Shown piece by piece: positions 57,703 through 64,000 of a stretch of DNA of 64,000 nucleotides. The notes beneath the pieces were generated by a model. That model saw only the letters and a program-made list of their open reading frames with translations, did no database searches and was not told the DNA's origin. The stretch comes from Candidatus Dormiibacterota bacterium (lineage in GTDB: Bacteria > Chloroflexota > Dormibacteria > Aeolococcales > Aeolococcaceae). The stretch is taken from positions 384,001 to 448,000 of the forward strand of contig OY970355.1 of the NCBI GenBank assembly GCA_963718525.1. Direction: 5' to 3'. The first letter of the stretch is position 1; the number at the start of each line of letters is the position of its first letter. The position numbers were made by a program, and so were the translations under genes.

Positions 57703-58653
57703 GTGCCGAAGACGAGGATCTACTTCGTCAGCGACCTGCACGGATCCAGCGTGTGCTTCAGGAAGTTCATCAATGCCGCGAAGGTCTATGACGCGAACGT
57801 CCTCATCCTGGGCGGCGACGTGGCAGGGAAGGCGATCCAGTCGATCGTCCGCGCGCCAGGCGGCCGCTGGCGATGCCGATTCGTCGGCACCGACTACGAC
57901 GTCGTCGAGGGGCCGGAGCTCGTCGCCCTCGAGAAGCTGATATCGGACCACGGCTACTACCCATATCGCGCCGACCCCGGCGAGCTCGAGGCCATGGAAG
58001 CGAACGGCGGCCTCGACGACCTCTTTCTGCGACTGATGCGCGAGCGGCTGACCGAGTGGCTCGACCTCGCTGATGCGCGCCTGCGCCCACTCGGCATCCC
58101 GCTGTACTTCATGCTGGGCAACGACGACCCCGAGGCGCTCGGCGCTCTCCTCGACAGTGCCCCGTGGGGCACGCACGACGAGGGCAAGGTCGTCTGGCTC
58201 GACGACGAGCACGAGATGATCAGCTGCGGGTACTCGAACGTCACGCCGTGGCACACCTACCGAGAGCAGGACGAGGCACATCTCCGGGCTTCGATCGATG
58301 CGATGGTCCCGGCCCTCGAGCACCCGGAGCGGGCCGTGTTCAACCTGCACCCACCACCCTTCGGCACCCAGCTCGATGAGGCGCCGCTGCTCGACGCAAA
58401 CCTCCAGGTCCAGGCGACCCTCGGGCAGGTGCGCATGGTCCCGGTGGGAAGCACAGCCGTGCTCGAGGCCGAACAGGCCTACCAGCCGATGCTCGGGCTG
58501 CACGGCCACATCCACGAGTCCTCGGGCATCCGGCGGGTCGGCCGCACGGTCGTCATCAATCCGGGCAGCGACTACTCCACGGGAGCGCTCAACGGTGCGC
58601 TGATCACGCTCGACGGCGACAGGGTCAAAGCGCAGCAGCTGGTTCGCGGGTAG
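57703..58653 (+). CDS. Calcineurin-like metallophosphoesterase (Icc-related)
   Basis: SDLHG, GGD, GNDD, HPPP, HGHIHES, NPGS; GTG start at 57703. Confidence 0.88.
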   Translation: MPKTRIYFVSDLHGSSVCFRKFINAAKVYDANVLILGGDVAGKAIQSIVRAPGGRWRCRFVGTDYDVVEGPELVALEKLISDHGYYPYRADPGELEAMEANGGLDDLFLRLMRERLTEWLDLADARLRPLGIPLYFMLGNDDPEALGALLDSAPWGTHDEGKVVWLDDEHEMISCGYSNVTPWHTYREQDEAHLRASIDAMVPALEHPERAVFNLHPPPFGTQLDEAPLLDANLQVQATLGQVRMVPVGSTAVLEAEQAYQPMLGLHGHIHESSGIRRVGRTVVINPGSDYSTGALNGALITLDGDRVKAQQLVRG

Positions 58654-58657
58654 CGCA

Positions 58658-60211
58658 ATGGCCACGTCCGCCGCTCACGCCGACGCGCTCGTGTCCGTCG
58701 ACGTGGGCACGTCGGGGGCTCGCGCCACCGCATATGACACCGCCGGCGCGATGCTCCTCGAGGTGCGCCGGCCGTACCCGACGAGCATGCCGCGCGACGG
58801 CTGGGCCGAGCAGGACGCGCGGCGCTGGCGATCGTCGTCACTCTCCGCCCTCGCCGCGCTCGTCGAAGGCCTCGGCGGCCGGCACACCATCCACGCGATC
58901 GGCCTGACCGGGCAGTGCCCGTCCGTAGTCCCGGTCGATGGCCGGGGTGAGCCTTTGCGTCCGGGACTCATCTACCGGGACAACCGGGCGGTCGCGGAAG
59001 CCGAGTCGCTGAACGAGGCCTTCGGTGCTGAGGCGCTCCATACACTGACCGGGCACGTGCCGGCCGCCTTTCACGTCGCCGCGAAGATCCTCTGGATTCG
59101 CGCCCACGAGCCGGACGTCTTCGAGGCGGCTCGGCTCTTTCTGCAACCCACCGAGTTCCTCGCGCTGACGCTGACGGGAGAGGCGGTCACGGACTGGAGC
59201 ATGGCCGCGGCCAGCGCGATGCTGCATCTGCGCGAGCGGCGATGGGCACCGGCGCTCGTCGATGCCGTGGGGCTCGACATGGACCAGCTGCCGGTCCCTC
59301 ACGCGTCCTGGAGCATCGTGGGTGAACTTCGCCCGGCGCTGGTCCGGCGCCTTGGGCTGATCCGGACCATCCCGATCGTCGCCGGAGCCGGCGACAGCAT
59401 CGCGTGCGCCTTCGGGGCTGGAGTCACGACCCCCGGACCGGTCAGCGAGATGGCCGGGAGCTCGACGTGCCTCAACACTGTGGTGGCCGAGCCCGTGGCC
59501 GACCTCGCGGTGACCCACTATCCGAGCGCTGTCGGGCCCGACGGGTACGTGACCGAGGTGGGGATCAACACCGCCGGTGAGGCGGTGGACTGGATGGCCT
59601 CGCTCGCCTACGGCGGCCGGTCAGGCCGTCTTCGCCAAGCAGATTTCGACATCCTCGACCGCGAGGCCGGCGAGGTGGACCTGGGATCGGACGGCCTGCT
59701 CTTCGTCCCGGTGCTCGGCGACGGCGAGCGCGACGACCCGACGCTCCGGGGCGCGGCGATCGGGCTGTCGGTTCGCCATCATCGGAAGGCGCTCGCGAGG
59801 GCGGTCTTCGAAGGGGTCGCATTCGCGATTCGGGCGCACGTGGAGACCCTCGGCGAGGCGAGCACGCCCGCCACCGAGATGCGCGTCTCGGGGCGCCCCG
59901 CCTCGCTCGGGACGTGGAATCACATCAAGGCCGACGTGCTCGGCATCCCGGTGCTCCGTGTCCCGGGCGACGCGACGACGTCCGGCGTGGCCATGCTCGC
60001 CGGACTCGGCGTCGGCATCTTTCCGGATGCCCGGTCCGCGATCGCGGTGGCGTGCCGCCCCGACGCGCCGATTCAGCCAGATCTTGACAACCACGACAGA
60101 TACACACCCATCTACGAGCACTACCGAGACGTGGTCGCGTCGAGCACGCTCCACGCCGACGACCTCACCGCCGCGCACCCGTCGCGACGCCATGCGAAGG
60201 AGCACGCGTGA
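58658..60211 (+). CDS. FGGY family carbohydrate kinase
   Basis: VDVGTSG, GWAEQD, YRDNRA, KILWI, GAGD, RAVFEGVAF, IKADVLG. Confidence 0.9.
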   Translation: MATSAAHADALVSVDVGTSGARATAYDTAGAMLLEVRRPYPTSMPRDGWAEQDARRWRSSSLSALAALVEGLGGRHTIHAIGLTGQCPSVVPVDGRGEPLRPGLIYRDNRAVAEAESLNEAFGAEALHTLTGHVPAAFHVAAKILWIRAHEPDVFEAARLFLQPTEFLALTLTGEAVTDWSMAAASAMLHLRERRWAPALVDAVGLDMDQLPVPHASWSIVGELRPALVRRLGLIRTIPIVAGAGDSIACAFGAGVTTPGPVSEMAGSSTCLNTVVAEPVADLAVTHYPSAVGPDGYVTEVGINTAGEAVDWMASLAYGGRSGRLRQADFDILDREAGEVDLGSDGLLFVPVLGDGERDDPTLRGAAIGLSVRHHRKALARAVFEGVAFAIRAHVETLGEASTPATEMRVSGRPASLGTWNHIKADVLGIPVLRVPGDATTSGVAMLAGLGVGIFPDARSAIAVACRPDAPIQPDLDNHDRYTPIYEHYRDVVASSTLHADDLTAAHPSRRHAKEHA

Positions 60212-61125
60212 AGGTCAACCTGGGCATCAACACGTGCTTCGCCCTGAAACGATGGCCGCGCCCCGCCGACTGGGCTTCGATCGTTCACAACGAGCTCGGG
60301 CTCGATCTGGTCGAGCTGTCACTCGACCTCGTCGAGGGCACGGAGACCTTCGGTGGCAGCCGCGATGCGGTGGAGCGCCATCGCGCCGCACTGGACGCCA
60401 ACGGCCTCCGCGCGCACGCCACATTCACCGGCCTGGCGGCGTACTCGCTCGATCTGCTCATGCATCCCGACCAGGGGCGGCGAGAGGCTGCGGTGCAGTG
60501 GTACCGGAGCGTCATCGACCTCACCGCCGCGCTCGGAGCTCGCGCCACCGGCGGACACGTCGGGGCGATGAGCGTTCCCGACTGGACCGATCCCGAACGG
60601 CGCGCCGAGCGATGGGAGGGCATGAAACGCGATCTCGAAGCGATCGCCGCCCACGCCAGCTCGGCGGGACTCGAGTATCTCCTCGTGGAGAACCTGGTAT
60701 CGGTTCGTGAGCCGTCCACCATGGCGCGGATCGAGGACCTGCTCACCGACGGCGATGCCGGGCACGTCCCCTGGCGCCTCTGCCTCGACGTCGGCCACCA
60801 GTGCGTTCCCGGGACCGAAGGCGCGGAGCGCGATCCATACGCATGGCTGCAGCGCTTCGGAAGCCGCCTCGCCGAAGTCCAGCTGCAGCAGTCGGACGGC
60901 ATCGCCGACCACCATTGGGCATTCACCGAGGAGCACAACGCCGCCGGTCTCATCAACCCCGCGATGGTCCTCGAGAGCCTGGAGGCCGCCGGTGCCGGGA
61001 TCGTCGATCTGATCTTCGAGATCATCCCGGGGTTCGAGGATCCCGACGATCGCGTGGTCGCCGACCTGCTGTTCTCCGTCGACCTGTGGCGGAGTGCGAT
61101 TGACGCGCGTGGCGCCGAGAGCTAG
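60208..61125 (+). CDS. Sugar-phosphate isomerase/epimerase, TIM barrel (EryC-like)
   Basis: LGINTCFALKRWP, LLMHPD, VEN, LDVGH, QQSDG.ADHHW.F, FE. Confidence 0.75.
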   Translation: MKVNLGINTCFALKRWPRPADWASIVHNELGLDLVELSLDLVEGTETFGGSRDAVERHRAALDANGLRAHATFTGLAAYSLDLLMHPDQGRREAAVQWYRSVIDLTAALGARATGGHVGAMSVPDWTDPERRAERWEGMKRDLEAIAAHASSAGLEYLLVENLVSVREPSTMARIEDLLTDGDAGHVPWRLCLDVGHQCVPGTEGAERDPYAWLQRFGSRLAEVQLQQSDGIADHHWAFTEEHNAAGLINPAMVLESLEAAGAGIVDLIFEIIPGFEDPDDRVVADLLFSVDLWRSAIDARGAES

Positions 61126-61129
61126 ACCG

Positions 61130-61939
61130 ATGCCGGTCATACGCGCCAACGGGATCGACATGCATTACCGGATTGCCGGGGCCGGGCCGGAGACCGTCGT
61201 GCTCGTGAACGGAGTGGGTGACGACCTCGAGGGCTGGGCGATGCAGCTGGACCCCCTGCTCGCTGCGGGCTTGCGCGTGATCACGTTCGACAACCGCGGC
61301 GTGGGCCGCTCGTCGTGTCCGCCGGGTCCGTACTCGAGCAGAGAGATGGCGGCGGACACAAAAGCGCTCGCCGACGCGATCGGGCTCAGCGGATTCCATC
61401 TTGTGGGTGTCTCGATGGGCGGCGTGATCGCCCAGGAGTATGCGCTGGCGTACCCGGACGACCTCCGCTCGGTCGTGCTCGCGAACACGTACGCAAGGCC
61501 CGATGCGTTCACCCGGGCAGCCTTCGGCGCCTGGGGACAGGTTGCCGAGAGCGCAGGGATGCAGCTGATGATGCGACAGCAGGCTCCCTGGGTTTTCAGC
61601 CCCGTCTTCTACGAGGCCCACCCCGATCGGCTTGCCACCATCGTGGGCGAGATGGAGCGCAGCTCCCAGCCGGTGTCCGCGTTCTCGGCGCAGATCGCCG
61701 CGCTGCTGAATCACGACAGCGCGGAGCAACTCGGGTCGTTGCGGACACCCGCACTCGTGATCGCAGCCGATGACGACATCATCATCCGGCTGTCGCTCTC
61801 GCACCGGCTCTATGAGGAACTGCCCAATGGGAGCTGGGCAATCGTCCCCGGCGGGCATGCCGCCTTCATCGAAAATCCCGACCCGTGGAATCGAGCCGTC
61901 GTTGCATTCATTGAACGGCACCGCGTCGCGGTGCACTGA
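61130..61939 (+). CDS. Alpha/beta hydrolase
   Basis: FDNRGVGRS, GVSMGG, DDDII, GGH. Confidence 0.88.
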   Translation: MPVIRANGIDMHYRIAGAGPETVVLVNGVGDDLEGWAMQLDPLLAAGLRVITFDNRGVGRSSCPPGPYSSREMAADTKALADAIGLSGFHLVGVSMGGVIAQEYALAYPDDLRSVVLANTYARPDAFTRAAFGAWGQVAESAGMQLMMRQQAPWVFSPVFYEAHPDRLATIVGEMERSSQPVSAFSAQIAALLNHDSAEQLGSLRTPALVIAADDDIIIRLSLSHRLYEELPNGSWAIVPGGHAAFIENPDPWNRAVVAFIERHRVAVH

Positions 61940-61948
61940 GGAGATGGG

Positions 61949-62764
61949 ATGAACCTGTCGCTGGAGCAGCGATTCGGCACCCCGAAGCCGGTGATCGCGA
62001 TGCTGCACTTCCCGGGGTTGCCCGGCCGGCCCCGACACAATCGCGAGCTCGGGAGAAGCCACCTGGTCGACGTCGTCGGCCGCGACCTGGAAACGCTCCA
62101 GGAAGCCGGCGTCGACGGTGTGCTCTTCTGCAACGAGAACGACATCCCGTACCAGCTGGTGGTCGGGCCGGAGATTCCCGCGGCGATGGCGGCGGTCATC
62201 GGCGAGCTGCGCGCCTCGGTGCGAGTTCCCTTCGGCGTCAACATCCTCTGGGACGCCAAGGCGAGCATCGCGGTTGCTCGCGCGACCGGTGCGAGCTTCG
62301 TGCGTGAGGTGCTGACCGGTGTGTACGAGAGTGACCTCGGGGTGATCGCGCCGGCCATCGGCGATCTCGCCGGATACCGCACCGCGATCGGGGCAGATGA
62401 GGTCGCCCTCTTCGACAACATCGCGCCCGAGTTCAGCAGCGTGCTCGGCACCCGGAGCATCGCGGATCGGGCACGCAGCGCGGCTTTTCTCGGCGTGGAT
62501 GCGATCCTCATCTCCGGCCCGGCCGCCGGCGTGTCATTCGTGATGAGTGATCTGAGGACCGCCAAGGACGCCGTGCCCGATATGCCTGTCTTCGCCAACA
62601 CCGGCGTCAGCGCCGACCGGCTGGAGGAGGTCTTCGACGTAGCTGACGGAGTCATCGTGGGCACGAGCCTGAAGGTCGACGGGGACACCTGGAGCCGCGT
62701 CGACCCGGCACGTGCCGAGCGACTGATGGATACTGCCCGCGCGCTTCGCTCGAAGCGCTCCTGA
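61949..62764 (+). CDS. BtpA/SgcQ family TIM-barrel protein (paralog 2)
   Basis: AMLHFPGLPGRP, CNENDIPY, FVREVLTG, FANTGV, ADGVIVGTSLK. Confidence 0.9.
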   Translation: MNLSLEQRFGTPKPVIAMLHFPGLPGRPRHNRELGRSHLVDVVGRDLETLQEAGVDGVLFCNENDIPYQLVVGPEIPAAMAAVIGELRASVRVPFGVNILWDAKASIAVARATGASFVREVLTGVYESDLGVIAPAIGDLAGYRTAIGADEVALFDNIAPEFSSVLGTRSIADRARSAAFLGVDAILISGPAAGVSFVMSDLRTAKDAVPDMPVFANTGVSADRLEEVFDVADGVIVGTSLKVDGDTWSRVDPARAERLMDTARALRSKRS

Positions 62765-62808
62765 CAGCGTCGGGATGGTCGGATCCCGGAGATGAGGAGA
62801 GCCTGGAA

Positions 62809-64000
62809 ATGGAATTCAGAACGGCGCGCGACTTCCTGCTCTCGCATCGGGCGGACTACCACCGGGCACACCGGGACTTTCAGTGGCCCCGCCCCGGGAG
62901 CTTCAACTGGGCCCTCGACTGGTTCGACACCATCGCCGCCGGCAACGAACGCCCAGCGCTCTGGATCGTCGATGACGACGACACGGAGACGAGACTCAGC
63001 TTTGCCGAGTTGAGCGCTCGCTCGAGCGCACTCGCCGCCTGGCTGCGCGAGCGAGGCGTGCGCCGGGGCGATCACACGCTGCTCATGCTCGGCAACCGCG
63101 TCGCGCTCTGGGAGTGCATCCTCGCGCTGACCAAATTGGGGGCGGTGATGATCCCGTCCAGCACGCTCCTCACCGCCTCGGATATCGGCGATCGAGTCGA
63201 CCGCGGAAGTGTTGCGCACGTCATCGTGGAATCCGCGCTGACCGGGCAATTTGAGCAGATCGCGGGAGCCTTCACCCGCATCGCCGTCGGTGAGCCCGTC
63301 GAGGGATGGCTCGACTACAACGATTACATGGCCCCCGGCGCCTCATTTGCCGCGGAGGGATCGACGCCCGCGAACGATCCACTCTTCCTGTACTTCACGT
63401 CCGGAACGACCGCACAGCCGAAGCTCGTTGAGCACACGCACATCTCCTATCCCATCGGACATCTCTCGACCATGTACTGGCTCGCGCTGCAGCCGGGGGA
63501 CGTTCATCTCAACATCTCCTCGCCGGGCTGGGCGAAACACGCCTGGAGCAACGTCTTCGCGCCGTGGAATGCCGAGGCCACGGTGCTGATCCTCAACGCC
63601 ACCCGGTTCTCGGCGCGACGCCTGCTCGACACGCTGACGCGGTGCTCGGTCACCAGCCTGTGCGCGCCGCCCACGGTCTGGCGGATGCTCATCCAGGAGG
63701 ACCTGAGCGCGTGGCAGCCGCCGCTGCGCGAGGTGCTCAGCGCCGGCGAGCCGCTCAACCCGGAGGTGATCGACCAGGTGCGCCGCGCGTGGGGCCTGAC
63801 CATTCGCGACGGGTACGGACAGACGGAGACCACGGCGCAGATCGGCAACACCTCAGACCAGCTGGTCAAGCCGGGCTCCATGGGGCGGCCGCTCCCCGGA
63901 TACGTCATCGACCTCATCGATCCCGCAACCGGCGTCCACGGCGAGACAGGAGAGATCTGCATCGATCTTTCCCAACGACCGGTGGCGCTCATGGTGGGAT
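62809..64000 (+). CDS. AMP-binding acyl-CoA synthetase (short/medium chain), runs off the window
   Basis: Manual translation gives MEFRTARDFLL...FNWALDWFD, LYFTSGTTAQPKLVEHTH, SSPGWAKHAWS, SAGEPLNPEVI and DGYGQTET. Missing from the ORF track because it has no stop in the window. Confidence 0.88.
   Translation, partial: MEFRTARDFLLSHRADYHRAHRDFQWPRPGSFNWALDWFDTIAAGNERPALWIVDDDDTETRLSFAELSARSSALAAWLRERGVRRGDHTLLMLGNRVALWECILALTKLGAVMIPSSTLLTASDIGDRVDRGSVAHVIVESALTGQFEQIAGAFTRIAVGEPVEGWLDYNDYMAPGASFAAEGSTPANDPLFLYFTSGTTAQPKLVEHTHISYPIGHLSTMYWLALQPGDVHLNISSPGWAKHAWSNVFAPWNAEATVLILNATRFSARRLLDTLTRCSVTSLCAPPTVWRMLIQEDLSAWQPPLREVLSAGEPLNPEVIDQVRRAWGLTIRDGYGQTETTAQIGNTSDQLVKPGSMGRPLPGYVIDLIDPATGVHGETGEICIDLSQRPVALMVG

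Noticed and set aside
1-64000. tRNA, rRNA, transposase, integrase, prophage or defence genes
   Set aside because: No recognisable motifs; intergenic gaps are short and composition looks uniform. No covariance search could be run.

Overview
Gene-dense, high-GC bacterial window with about 57 CDS. I saw no rRNA, tRNA, CRISPR array or mobile element. Gene content (LCP protein, sortase-like tails, YkcB-like GT39, Flp pilin) suggests a monoderm soil organism such as Actinomycetota, Chloroflexota or Dormibacterota; this is inference. Four blocks: (1) 1-19 kb, a cell-surface glycan locus with a GT-C-like membrane protein, flippase, GT2, GT4, a GT2-TM-GT4 fusion, a beta-helix lipoprotein, three paralogous sulfotransferases, CysQ and a MacAB-type exporter, pointing to a sulfated glycan; two secreted proteins share an identical C-terminal GVQGITTPGTG-TM-basic tail. 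(2) 21-39 kb, acetate use (satP and a frameshifted acs), envelope genes (GT39, beta-propeller, LCP, HtrA), TMEM175, GGDEF-EAL, MFS, and a two-component system followed by an orphan Flp pilin. (3) 39.6-53 kb, aromatic catabolism: an abm-like CoA-dependent cluster with an added creatininase, pcaIJFD-like genes and an intradiol dioxygenase. (4) 53-63 kb, the best novelty candidate: a divergent DeoR locus with an APC permease, a nucleotidyltransferase-like protein, SDR, two BtpA/SgcQ paralogs, a metallophosphoesterase, FGGY kinase, EryC-like epimerase and a hydrolase. Products come from motif recognition only, and several starts were reassigned by eye.
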